Part shown: piece after piece, positions 38,872 to 49,367 of the stretch
Layout of the letters: each line of letters opens with the position of its first letter
Numbering within the stretch: position 1 is the first letter of the stretch
Assembly: GCA_963750165.1 (NCBI GenBank)
Contig: CAVVPN010000011.1
Span: forward strand, 992,001 to 1,056,000
Reading direction: 5' to 3'
DNA length: 64,000 nucleotides
Source: an uncultured Gemmataceae bacterium
Lineage (GTDB): Bacteria; Planctomycetota; Planctomycetia; Gemmatales; Gemmataceae
Notes under the pieces: model-generated
Seen by the model: only the letters and a program-made list of their open reading frames with translations
The model's database searches: none
Told to the model about the DNA's origin: nothing
Made by a program: the position numbers and the translations under genes

Positions 38872-39705
38872 CTACTTACTCTTCGGCGTCGTGTACATCT
38901 TGAACCGCTCGACCAGAGCCTTTCCATTGACCAGTTCGAGCCTCGTAGGGACCAACCGGGCGATGTCGGGGTCATCCATAATCTTCGGCGCGAACTCCCA
39001 CGTTGTCGAGATGATGCCCTTGCTCGTCTGGGGCTGCTTGTTCATCACCCCGATCAAGGCATCGACTTCTTCGGCGGTTACAACGTGGCCCGGCGTGTAC
39101 CTCTTCACGGACTCGACGAACCGCACCGAGCCGAAACCCCTCTTCACGACAATCAGGTCTTTGCCACGGTCGCCGCTTCGTGGGGTGAGCGTTACTTCGT
39201 CGAACAAGCCCGACTGCTCGTAGGTCGCCGCGATGATCTCTTCCAATTTGCGCGGGTCGATCTGGTACATGCGGGAAGGGTCTTCCATGATCTTCTGGAT
39301 GATGTCGAGCAACGGGATCGTAATCGCCCTGATGAGTTCGCCCTCGAAGGTCTTTTCATAGGGGATGATGACCGCCTGACTAACGATGACGGGGAAGTTG
39401 TCTGGGGGAACGAATACCTCGTCGCCGCCCTGCATCGACGCCAGAACCGCCGCGAAATTCTGCCTGCGGCGCTGCTCGTTATTCATGGCGATAATCGTGT
39501 TGGCGGCGTCCTGCGAGCCGTCCTCGACGAAAATTGGAGGACGCTGAGGAACCCATTCAGGTTCCACGGCGCTCGACCGGATTGCCGCGTGTAGTTGTTG
39601 TTGTCTCCGTCTCTGATCTGCGTTTCTGGCGATGATCGCGGCAGCGTCCTGCGAGCCATCCTCGACGAAGGGAGGCAGCGGTTGGTGATTCTTGTCGTCG
39701 CTCAT
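38872..39705 (-). CDS. Mrr-family restriction endonuclease
   Basis: LEEIIA...VTLTPRSGDRGKDL...ESVKRY...SKGIISTT. The N-terminus contains a duplicated motif. Confidence 0.8.
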   Translation of the reverse strand: MSDDKNHQPLPPFVEDGSQDAAAIIARNADQRRRQQQLHAAIRSSAVEPEWVPQRPPIFVEDGSQDAANTIIAMNNEQRRRQNFAAVLASMQGGDEVFVPPDNFPVIVSQAVIIPYEKTFEGELIRAITIPLLDIIQKIMEDPSRMYQIDPRKLEEIIAATYEQSGLFDEVTLTPRSGDRGKDLIVVKRGFGSVRFVESVKRYTPGHVVTAEEVDALIGVMNKQPQTSKGIISTTWEFAPKIMDDPDIARLVPTRLELVNGKALVERFKMYTTPKSK

Positions 39706-40809
39706 CGGCGGTGTCCTCCACGATGGCTCAGGGCTGGCTCTTGTCGTCGAGCCGCTTGCGGATTCTGGCCTTCATCTCCACAACGGGGATGAAAAGGACC
39801 ATGCTGCCGAGGGTCTCGGCAACAACGCCGATGCGGGTCACGGCGGGTGGGAGATGGTTCAGGGAGAGAAGAAGCTCATGGTCCCAAACGAACTTGACGG
39901 ACGGTCCAGCGAACATCTGGGGCGCGTTCCCACCCCTGAATTTCCTCACCTTGTCCTCGTTTGTGAACAGGGCCATTGCCACCGAGCCATCATCTCACAG
40001 CAAGACTACCCCGCCTTGGTAGTTGTTGCTCATTACGGCGTAGCACGTATTCCGGCGCGGGTATTGGACGGCAGAATATCGACATCCACAGCCTATTTTA
40101 CAAGACGGATGAGCCTGCCCGTAGCTCAGTAGCGGCAAGAAAAAGGCCCGGCTCGACCTTCTGGCGGTCGAGCCGAGCCTCGTGTCGGCTTCATCTTCCA
40201 GCGGCCCGTGGTCAGGCGGTGTCGCTCGTCTCTCGGGGGAACATCTCCTTCGTGGCGGGCCTTCTTGGCAGGGGATCGGCTTCGGTCCTTCCTCATCGGC
40301 GGGTTTCGCCTCGGCGAGCACGCGGGCTAGTTGCTTGCGGCTAATGGCCGAGGACGCGCTCGATCTCAATTACCCTTTGCCCTCAGCGTTCATTTCGGCA
40401 TCCTACGGACAACCTCGGGGGCGAGAGCGACGTCTTCCTACGGCCCGTTGGCTGGACTTTGGAGCGGCGGGAATGGCCGGACTAAGCACGGAATGGACGT
40501 AGACAACGTACAACAACCTCCAGCGTGCTATTCACAATGAATCGACTCCACCGACGCTCTGCCACCCTTTTTCGGACACGTCGCCACGGGGAAGCAGACC
40601 CGGCTCCTGCTCGATGCCCTGATCCAGTCGGCGGATCGGGAGATGCGGTTCGGGCAGTCATCGGCGTGGAACCGCTGTTTTGGAGATGTGTGCGACAGGA
40701 ATTTGACCGATCACCGGACAATTCGTTTAAGGAATCGTTTAAGAGGAGCAACTGGCGCAAGCGTTTAATCGAGCAGTCGCCATAAACCCTTTGGGCAACT
40801 GAAGTTTCA

Positions 40810-40855
40810 AGAGCGGGCGATGGGATTCGAACCCACGACGTCCAGCTTGGGAAAC
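40810..40855 (-). repeat. att core: 3' half of tRNA-Gly(CCC), copy 1
   Basis: Minus strand reads GTTTCCCAAGCTGGACGTCGTGGGTTCGAATCCCATCGCCCGCTCT (anticodon loop, T-arm, acceptor 3' strand). Identical to 62053-62098. The 5' half of the tRNA is absent. Confidence 0.9.
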
Positions 40856-41177
40856 ATTCCCTCAAACCGGCCCTTGGCCGCGAAAACCCTTTCACACCAG
40901 CATTTTACCGCAACCGGCCTTGTTTGCAAGGTCGTGCGGAAGCGTGCGAGGGTGTGCGAAAAGCTGCGGAAATTCCGCAGTTCGGAAGGTTGTGCGGAAG
41001 TTCTGCGGAAGAACTGCGGAACCGTTCCGGCGTCAGGACTGCTTGCCGTTTCGCCCCAGCAACTGGCTCAGGCTGGACCCACCCGGCAGTCCGCGCAGCC
41101 CCCGCCAGAGGGCATGGTCGATCCCGTTCCAGGTTTCCCCCGGCGCGTCCAGAACGGGGCCGCTGCGCTGGCCATGC

Positions 41178-43284
41178 TCAATCTTGGCGAGATGCGGGTT
41201 CCGCCGGCGCCCTGGTCCGACCGGCTAGCACGTCAAGAAGCGGGCCCAGGTGCCGCTCGTAGTGGCGCCAGCGGCCGACGGAGCGGTTGTAAATGGGTTG
41301 GCGAACCTGCCAGACGCTGGCGGTGACGACGGCCCGTTGCGTGCGGTGGAATTCGAGGCAGACCGGGTCCCAGGGCAGGCCGAGAAAGTCGATGAGGCGC
41401 CGGCTCTGGCCCTCCTGGTCCGCGATCAGCTCCTCGTAATGCAGTTCGAGCATCGGCAGCGGCAGCGTTTTGAGCCAGTGGGCGGTGAGCCGTTCGGTTT
41501 CCAGGTATTGCCGGCCGCAATCCGCCAGGTCGAAGGTAAAGCGCAGGCGATTGTGGGCGAACCGCTGGAAATAACACGACAGGCAGGTGTCACGGGCATC
41601 GCGGCGGCAGAAGATCACTCGGGCCTGGGGAAACAAGGTCGCGATCAGACCGAGGTGGAACACGTTGCCCGGCATCTTGTCGGTGACGCGCACCGCCGCG
41701 CCTCCCAGAGAGCGCAGCTGTTCCAGGTGGGCGGCGGAAGCCCTCGCGATCGCCTGGGCGTCCCAGCTTTTCGCGGTGAGGCGGCCCGCCTCGTCGGCAG
41801 CCAGGGTTCGGGCGATGCCGCCAATGTCGCGCAACTCGCCGGCGCCGAAAACGGCCGGGTGGCTGGCGGCAATCTGCTCGACCAGAGTCGTGCCCGAGCG
41901 CGGCATGCCAACGATGAAAACCGGCAGTTCCGAAGCAGCAACCCACTGGCGCCGGGCCGCGAAGAACCGGGGCGTAAAACCCTGGATCAACTGATCGACC
42001 GTGCGGCGGAGTTTGTCGCCGTCGAACGCTTCGTCGGCCGCGGCCGGCAACTGTTTCAGAAGCGCGTTGGCCTGGACAAAGCATGGAAATGCCTCATCGA
42101 AGCGGTCGGCGTCGTCCAGCAACTTGCCCAGAGCGAACCCCGCTTCCACGCGGTGCTGGGGGGGCAAGTCGGTTTGGTTCAGCAGCCCGGTGAGCCGCTC
42201 GATCTCCGCCGGATTGGCCTCCTGCGCGCAATGGAGATCAGGTTCCTGTGGAAAAGGGCCTTGTCCGGACTGATCGCCAGGGCACGGCGGAAGCAGGCCG
42301 ACGCCTCATCAAATTTTCCCAGGGAGCGCAACGCCATGCCCAGACCGTTCCAGGAGGTTGCCGAATCGGGCGCCAAACTCAAGGCCTTGCGGAAACTGGC
42401 TTCCGCGCCGCTGATGTCAAACAGGTACAGCAAAGCCGATCCGAGAGATTCATGGGCGCCGGCGTCCTCGGGCGCAGCGCCAGCGCCCGCCGATGGACTT
42501 GTGCGGCCTCCGCGTGGCGCTCCAAACCTGCCAGGGCCAAACCGCTCATGTTCTGGGCTTCAAAATAATCGGGCTGGAGCCGCACGGCCCTCTCGAACGC
42601 GGCCAGTGCCTCGGCGAACCGCTCGCGCTTGAAGAAGGCGTTGCCGAGATTGAACTGGGTGACCGGGTCGTCTCCCTTGAGGGCCGTCGCCTGGAGATAT
42701 TCGGCAATCGCCTCGTCCAGCAAACCCTTGTCCCTGAGGACATTGGCCAGGTTGTTGCGCGCATCAGCCCAGTTGGGTCTGAGCGCGATGGCCCTGGAAT
42801 AGGCGGCGATTGCCTCATCCAGTCGCCCCTGGTTTCGCAGCGCTGCACCGAGCCTGACGTGCGTGTCGGCGAAGTCGGGTTGGAGTTGGGTTGCCCTGGA
42901 AAATGCGGCGATCGCCTCATCGAGTCGCCCTAACTCGCACAAGATAATACCCAGGGCATAATGGGGTCCGCCATCCGCGGGACGGAGCTGAACCAGCCGA
43001 CGGTAAGGCGCGATGGCCTCATCGAACTTCCGGTGGTTCACCAGGATGCAGCCGAGATTGCCCCACGCCTCGGCAAAGTCGGGTCGATGTTGGACTGCTC
43101 GGCCGATCAGAGCGGCGGCCGCTTCCAGATGACCTGCCTGCGCCGTGAGAATCCCCAGGAGGTGCAGGGCGTCAGGATCATTGGGTTCCCGGACGAGAAC
43201 CTGATGGCAAATCCTTTCCGCGTCGCGGCGCCGTCCCGCCCGATAGTGCTGCTCTGCAACCTGGATAGGCCGATCCATCGTCAT
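41178..43284 (-). CDS. TPR-repeat sulfotransferase family protein, split by two frameshifts (~42450 and ~42200)
   Basis: TPR repeats in 43284-42179, then PVFIVGMPRSGTTLVEQI, DKMP and TASVWQVRQPIY in 42167-41178. Confidence 0.85.
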
Positions 43285-43338
43285 GGGTCGATCTTTCGGA
43301 TTGCCTGGGTTCGCGCCAACAGAAATTCCCGCCCCTCC

Positions 43339-43378
43339 GACGAAGCACCCCTCCCTTGAACCGGAGGGGTGCTTCGTC
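43339..43378. terminator. 16-bp stem hairpin between the secreted-protein gene and the TPR gene
   Basis: GACGAAGCACCCCTCC-CTTGAACC-GGAGGGGTGCTTCGTC. Confidence 0.55.
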
Positions 43379-43401
43379 TGACGACCTGTTCCGATTCGTT
43401 C

Positions 43402-46400
43402 TCAACCGAGGGGGTCGAAGTGGTCATCAAGCCCACTGAACCCTTCAAAACTGAAGGTCAAGCCGCCGTGATCCTGAAGGATGATCGAATTGCCGGGGAC
43501 CAGTTGGATCGGCGTGTTGTCCGAGTAGTCGGCCGCGTCCACGTAGCCGATGTCGCCGAACAAGGTGTCGTTAATGTCGCTGTTCTGCCAGACGTCGAAG
43601 ATGAATTGCCCGGTAACGGTGACGTTGAGGCTCACCGACGGGTGGATGATCCCGGGGATGGGCAAGATCGTGATGCTGAGTCCGGCACTAAAGTTGATGG
43701 AGAACTGGGTGAAGTTCTGCATCATGAAGGTGAGTTCCGGGATGTATTCGTTGGCGCCGGGCGCCGGGCCGGCCGGCGTCAGGTCGTCTGGACTGCTCTT
43801 CATGCTGTAGAGGTTGAAGAACCCATCGACGGGAACGCCGGAGGCGCCAACGTCAATGCCGGCGTGGGCGTCAAAGAGCGTAACCGTCAAGTTGGTTGGC
43901 ACCAGGAAAGTGGTGCTGAGGTTCACGTCCAACGGCAGGATGTCCATGCCGTAGTTGACGTCCAGTTCCTGCAAGCGAACCCCCCCGACGAGGCGATTAC
44001 TGCCGTCCTGGGCGAGGAACAGCAAGGTGAAGGGGTTGCTGGCGACGAAGCTGGCGTTGCCGTTGGGGAAGCCAAAGCTCCAGTTGATTTGCACGTCCGT
44101 CGGCGTGTTTTGCATCACGGCACGCAGGGCCGTGTCGCTATCCTGGGCCATCCCCTGTGGACCGTAATAGAGGTCGATGGTGCCCGCGGAGGCGCTGCTG
44201 TGGAAGTGGATGTTGTTGGCCGCCAGGTTGATGTCCAGGGTGGCCGAATCGGGGATGTTGTCGATGTGGGCAATGAGGATATTGCTGTCCAGGCCGGCGC
44301 CGGCGAGAAACGGATGCGGGCCGGCGGTGGGGGCGTCGAACTCGAAGTGGCCGCCATTGGTATTGGGCTGGTACGCGATTTTCTGGAAGCCGGTGAACTG
44401 GGCGTCGAGGAAATCGAGTGCCCCGCTGTTAATCTGGACGACGGCATGGTCTTCGCCGGCGGTGAGCACCTGGGCGTTGTTGTAAATGTTTTGCAGCTGC
44501 GCGAGCGTGACGGGGGCGCCGCTCCCCAGACTGAAGTAACGGTTGTCGATTTCCTGGAGGTACGGCGAGTAGTTGATGCGGGCGCCGCCCGGACCGGAGG
44601 TCTGGAACGGCATGAGCTTGCCCGCGTTGACGCCCGCGTCGTCGGACGTGGAGACCGTCGCCGTCACCTGCCCCATGGGTGTGGGGTTGTCCGAAGCGTC
44701 TGCGGCCTGGAGCACGAACTGGCCGCCGCCCCAGTTGGCGGACCAGTGGGCGGGAATGTTGTGCAGCGCCGCCTGGATGAGCCTGTACGTGCCCGTCCCC
44801 AGAATGGTGTTGTCGCTGGTCGCGCTCACCATCAGCAGGGTGATGGCGTCGCTCATGGTCAGGGTGGCGCTGGCGCTGGGATCCAGGGTGAAGTTCAACA
44901 TGGCGGGCAGACCCAGGGCCGTGAACATGACGTGGGTGTTGTCCGCCGGGGTGTTGGTCTTGCTGATGTCGGCCACGACCGTGAGGGAGCTGATGGCGGA
45001 ACTGCCCATGTAGTTCACCACCGTCGCGAAATCGGAATTGAAGTCCCAGGTCTGCGGCACGTTCATGATGTCGATGGCGGCCGTGATGTTGTAAAGCGAG
45101 AAGAACCTGCCGCCCAGTTTCGAGGTGACGTTGACCTGCATTTCATGGGCGGAGTTGGCGACGTAATGCAAGGTCACCCCGAGCGCCGGGTCCGCGGTCG
45201 TGAGGCTGAAATCGCCGAGGCCGAACAGGCCCGCGGAGAGGCGCTTCACCATGCCCGCGCCCTCGTCGTCCAGCCGCGCGTAATCGATGGACGAGCCGGT
45301 GGCGGCCGCCAGCGCGGCCACGTCGTTGTCCATCGTGGACACTGCGACCTGCGCCCCGCCCAGGAACGTGCCCGGGGTGTCGGTGTCGAAGTGGATGGCC
45401 GTGCCCGCGGACGTGGACCAGGTGGCGTGGAAACTGGGTACGGAGTCCACGCGGATCCGGGCGTCGCGCACCACGTCGCCGAGCAGACTGCCGCTGCCCG
45501 GGAAGCCGTTGGGGTCGTGCACGTGGGCGGTGATGTTGCCGATGTTGTTCGGCGACGAGACGGTGACCGTCAGGTGCGAAGCGGGGTCGAGGTCGAAACT
45601 GAGGTTCGCCGGCAGGCTGCTGGCGCTCAGGCTGAATTTGGTCGTGTCGTAGGTGCCTTCCGTCCCGGGCACGCTGCCGCCCACGGTGATCGAGCCAATC
45701 CCACTGCTGGCGGTGTACGACAGCTGGGTCGAAAAATTACTGGTCAGGGTGATGCTCGCCGGCAGCAGGTTGACGACCACCGCGGCGTCCACGTTATGCC
45801 CCGGGAAGAAGTGGCCGTTGTTGGAGACCACCGTGGCGGTCAGCAGCCGCGCGGCGTCCTGCGTCATCACGATGGTTGACGAGTGGCTCGCGTCGGTCGT
45901 GGAGTAGGTGAACTGGGTGAGGCCGAACAGCTCGGCCACCAGGTGCTTGGCCGCACTGCCGCCCGGGTCGGAAAGGGTGACGACGTCGGCGTTGCTGCCC
46001 GTCGGCGGGCCGGGGGGCGCGAGGTCGATCGCCGAGGAGATCTGCAACTGCGTGGCGCCGATCGACAGGCCCGGGGCCACGCTCATGAGGCCGACCGTCG
46101 TGCCGGTGGCGGTGGTGGCAAAGGTCCCCTGGAAGCTCGGCACGTTGTCCAGGCGCAGCCGGGCTTGCTCGATCGGGGCGCCGAGCAGGCCGGAGGTGCC
46201 GGGCAGTCCGGTCGGGTCCTCCAGGTCGAAGCTGAGGTCGCCCATCGTCTGATTGTCGTGGCCCAGGGTGTCCTGGGAGAGGACGGAGAAGGTGCCGAGG
46301 GTCGGTTCAAAGTCGAAGACAATCACCGGCGGCAGGTTGTCGGCGTGGATGGTCAGCGAGGAGCCGGCGGGCAGGCCCACGTTCTGGCCGAACGTCAGGT

Positions 46401-48909
46401 CAATCGAGGGGATGAAGTTCGTGCCGACGAGGCGGATCATCGGGTCGAGGTTGGTCTGGTAATCGAGGTGGCTGGGCACCAGGGCAATGTTATTGTTCAG
46501 GGTCACCTGGTTGCCCGCGAAATAGACGCCGCCGGTGACCGAGTTGACGTTGAGGTTGAACGGCACGGCCCGGTTGTCGTCCCAGGTGGCGTGGACAAAA
46601 TCGCTGGCGTTGGCGACCGCGTAGCTGAACGAGTCGATGCCGACGATGCCGACGCTCATGCTCCGCGCCGCCGCCCCCTGATCGCTGAAGGAGGCGTAGT
46701 CCGCGGTCAGGCTGGCGGCCGGGGTCATCGGGTAAGCGGGCAGGCCCGGGTCGTTCAACTTCGTGGACACCGCGAACTGGACGCCGCCCGCGAACAGGCC
46801 GGCCATGACGGTGTCGAAGTGGATGGCCGTGTTGCCGCTGCCGTCCGTGGCCACCCAGGTGCCGGTGAAGGTCGGGATGTCATCGACGCGCATGCGCGCC
46901 GTCTTCAGTTTGGGGCCGAACAGCAGGCCGGCGTCCGCGAACAGCGAGATGCCGTTGGAGTCCGCCAGGGACACTTCCACGTGGCCGGCGACGGCGTTGC
47001 CGCCGTGGCCGTCCTGGGCCACGATGTGCATCATCGAATCCGGGTCGAACAGGAAGCTGAACACGGCCGGCAGTCCGCCGGTGTCCAGGTTGAACATCAA
47101 CGAATCGATGTGCCCGAAGCAAGTGAACGAGCCGATGCCGGTGGGCGGGTTGGTCGAGTAGCCGAAATCGGCCGGGCTGTTGAAGTGGAACATCGTTTCC
47201 CCGGCCGGGACGTTGACCAACTCGCAGGTGATCTCGATATCGTGCCCGGGGGTGAGCAGCGAGGTGGGCGTCGTCCGCAGGTAGCTCTGCAAGGGCGTCG
47301 CGGTCGTTGTCCTCAGGTCGAACGAGCTGCCGAGCGGGGCGGTGGTCAGGGTGAAGGTGGCCGAGACGAGGTTCAGCAGCCGGGTCGCCGCTGTGGCGCC
47401 CGGCCCGTAGACCGCCGGCACGGAGGTGTCGCCCGTGCCGGTGTCGATCATCGAGAAGACGTCCCAGGTCGGGTTGCTCCAGCGGGTCGGCAACTGCACC
47501 GTGGCGGGGGTTTTGCTCGACGCCAGGAATTCCAGGCTGCCGATGACGTTGGTCGGGACCACCGGGGCGGCGGTGAAGGTCCGGGTGGTGCCGCTGGCGT
47601 TGAAGCCGGCCGTCAAGCTGGGGGCGTTCGTCACGGCCAGGCCGACCGTATCGACGTTGTAGCCGAGGAAGGCGGAACTGCCGGCGAAGCCGCCGGTTTT
47701 GGCGGCCTGGATGGCCAGGTTGAGGGAGGTCGAGTTGTCGGTCAGCGTCGCCGAGCCGGCCGTCCTGAGGGTCAGGTCCACCTGCGTGGGCACGTTGCTG
47801 GCGTTGCCGACGACCGCCAGGCCGTCGCTGCGCGTCTTCTGGAACGTCATCTGGCTGACGCCGGTGTTGCCGTGCTGCGACAGCGTCAGGTTGCCGGTAG
47901 GCTCGTTGAGGGCGAGCGAAAATTGCTCGCTGGTCGGCATCGCGCTGGCGGTCAGGCTGGTGTTGAAGTCCGGGCCGGGGGCGGTCGCCGGGTTGGTCAG
48001 GTTCTCCAGGTAGTCCATCTGAACCAGGCTGGTGGCGCTCGCCTGCCAGTTCAGGGCGAAGGAGGTGTTGACCGGGGTGGTGAGGGCCGACTCGCTGGTG
48101 GTGACGGTGAGGTTGATCGTGGCCGGCACGGTCTCGACGTAGGTGCGGAAACCGGCGGCGTTCAGGGTGCCGGTCAGGTTGGTGCCGTCGAGGTTGCCGA
48201 GGATAAAGCTGAGCGGGTTGTCCGCCGCGGTAGTGGTCATGGTGGCCTGGAAGCTGTGGCTGGTGCCAGCGAGGGTGCCGGGATAAAGGTCGATGACCTC
48301 TTCCAGGGGGGCGTGCCCGCCGGGGGTGTTGCCGGTGGCCCGCGTCTGGAAGCCCATGACCAGGTTCGGGGTGCTGGGCAGCCCGGCCTCCAGGTCGAAG
48401 CCGGCGAACGGGAAGGCGATCACCACCGAGAGGTTACTGGCGTACGGGGCGTTGCCCAGCCGGTCAATGGTCAATTCGAGGTGCGGGGTCGGGTCCACGT
48501 AAGCGTCCAGCTCCAGCTGGATGTCGAAGCCGCTGTGGCCCTGGCCGGTGTCCTTGCTCTGGTCGGCGTCGATTTTGACGGGGGCGTGGGAGTGGCCGTC
48601 GGTCACCGTGGGCGCGGCCCCGCCGGCGCTGGCGACGATGACGAAGGGCACCGGCAGGTTGTCGAGGACGTGGCGGTTGCTGACCGCCTTGTCGAGCACA
48701 TTTCTCAGGATGCTGGAATCGCCCGGGTCCGGGACGAGGGGGTCGGGCAGTGGCAGCGGCGCCGGATTGACCGGGCCGGGCAACGCCAGGGTGGGCACGA
48801 CGCGGGTTTCCAGTTCCTCCAGCCGAACGCGGACAGGGCGGCGCGAACGGCGGCGCAACGGCTTGGTGGTCGGCTTCAGCCAGCTGGTGAGCAGGTTGCG
48901 AAGTCCCAT
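43402..48909 (-). CDS. Large beta-rich secreted/surface protein with a planctomycete-type leader
   Basis: 1835 aa, with N-terminal RRRSRRPVRVRLEELETRVVP, Thr/Ser/Gly/Ala/Asn-rich composition, AAAGGAG RBS and internal repeats. Confidence 0.8.
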   Translation of the reverse strand: MGLRNLLTSWLKPTTKPLRRRSRRPVRVRLEELETRVVPTLALPGPVNPAPLPLPDPLVPDPGDSSILRNVLDKAVSNRHVLDNLPVPFVIVASAGGAAPTVTDGHSHAPVKIDADQSKDTGQGHSGFDIQLELDAYVDPTPHLELTIDRLGNAPYASNLSVVIAFPFAGFDLEAGLPSTPNLVMGFQTRATGNTPGGHAPLEEVIDLYPGTLAGTSHSFQATMTTTAADNPLSFILGNLDGTNLTGTLNAAGFRTYVETVPATINLTVTTSESALTTPVNTSFALNWQASATSLVQMDYLENLTNPATAPGPDFNTSLTASAMPTSEQFSLALNEPTGNLTLSQHGNTGVSQMTFQKTRSDGLAVVGNASNVPTQVDLTLRTAGSATLTDNSTSLNLAIQAAKTGGFAGSSAFLGYNVDTVGLAVTNAPSLTAGFNASGTTRTFTAAPVVPTNVIGSLEFLASSKTPATVQLPTRWSNPTWDVFSMIDTGTGDTSVPAVYGPGATAATRLLNLVSATFTLTTAPLGSSFDLRTTTATPLQSYLRTTPTSLLTPGHDIEITCELVNVPAGETMFHFNSPADFGYSTNPPTGIGSFTCFGHIDSLMFNLDTGGLPAVFSFLFDPDSMMHIVAQDGHGGNAVAGHVEVSLADSNGISLFADAGLLFGPKLKTARMRVDDIPTFTGTWVATDGSGNTAIHFDTVMAGLFAGGVQFAVSTKLNDPGLPAYPMTPAASLTADYASFSDQGAAARSMSVGIVGIDSFSYAVANASDFVHATWDDNRAVPFNLNVNSVTGGVYFAGNQVTLNNNIALVPSHLDYQTNLDPMIRLVGTNFIPSIDLTFGQNVGLPAGSSLTIHADNLPPVIVFDFEPTLGTFSVLSQDTLGHDNQTMGDLSFDLEDPTGLPGTSGLLGAPIEQARLRLDNVPSFQGTFATTATGTTVGLMSVAPGLSIGATQLQISSAIDLAPPGPPTGSNADVVTLSDPGGSAAKHLVAELFGLTQFTYSTTDASHSSTIVMTQDAARLLTATVVSNNGHFFPGHNVDAAVVVNLLPASITLTSNFSTQLSYTASSGIGSITVGGSVPGTEGTYDTTKFSLSASSLPANLSFDLDPASHLTVTVSSPNNIGNITAHVHDPNGFPGSGSLLGDVVRDARIRVDSVPSFHATWSTSAGTAIHFDTDTPGTFLGGAQVAVSTMDNDVAALAAATGSSIDYARLDDEGAGMVKRLSAGLFGLGDFSLTTADPALGVTLHYVANSAHEMQVNVTSKLGGRFFSLYNITAAIDIMNVPQTWDFNSDFATVVNYMGSSAISSLTVVADISKTNTPADNTHVMFTALGLPAMLNFTLDPSASATLTMSDAITLLMVSATSDNTILGTGTYRLIQAALHNIPAHWSANWGGGQFVLQAADASDNPTPMGQVTATVSTSDDAGVNAGKLMPFQTSGPGGARINYSPYLQEIDNRYFSLGSGAPVTLAQLQNIYNNAQVLTAGEDHAVVQINSGALDFLDAQFTGFQKIAYQPNTNGGHFEFDAPTAGPHPFLAGAGLDSNILIAHIDNIPDSATLDINLAANNIHFHSSASAGTIDLYYGPQGMAQDSDTALRAVMQNTPTDVQINWSFGFPNGNASFVASNPFTLLFLAQDGSNRLVGGVRLQELDVNYGMDILPLDVNLSTTFLVPTNLTVTLFDAHAGIDVGASGVPVDGFFNLYSMKSSPDDLTPAGPAPGANEYIPELTFMMQNFTQFSINFSAGLSITILPIPGIIHPSVSLNVTVTGQFIFDVWQNSDINDTLFGDIGYVDAADYSDNTPIQLVPGNSIILQDHGGLTFSFEGFSGLDDHFDPLG

Positions 48910-49367
48910 GTGGCGATCTCCTTTGCGGTGGGGTACGTCGGTGCAGGTTCCTTGACGGAGTTTCCACGAGCCATTTCGCGGCGGCGCACGGCGTCCGCCA
49001 GGGTGCGAAATGTTCTGATTACCCGCAGGTTAAAAGTAAAAGTGGCGGCGTAGGATTACCCACCTCGGCGGCACGGGGGGATGGTGTCGAGGTGGCGGCA
49101 GCTGGCGCCGTGGTGCGGCTCAACGCTTGAAGGACAACTGGGCGATAAACTCCTTTTCCAATAGCCCGCAGAGGGCATGTCCCGCAATCGAGTTGCTCAA
49201 CACATCAGCTAGAAACGATCGCCAATCCAGCGGGAAGGAAGGCGAAATTGCGTCGGGATGATTTGGAAGCCAACCTAAATGGTTGATAATAGGTTGGATG
49301 GATGAGGATAATCCCATGCGGTTCTGCCTTTGTCAAGAGAAATTCCAGAATCTTTTTGGAAGTAGTT

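Noticed and set aside
34995..39982. Integron cassette array
   Set aside because: The intergenic gaps share no attC-like repeat, and no IntI-type integrase was recognised.
39728..40700. Integrase remnant for a left-hand island
   Set aside because: No catalytic motifs were recognisable in the short ORFs here.
40810..40890. Complete tRNA-Gly gene
   Set aside because: Only the anticodon loop to the 3' end is present, and the upstream sequence cannot pair to form the stems. Treated as an att scar.
43369..49053. Long plus-strand ORFs (836 aa and 1056 aa) and similar shadow ORFs elsewhere
   Set aside because: They are antisense to well-supported genes, have no motifs and are expected in high-GC DNA.
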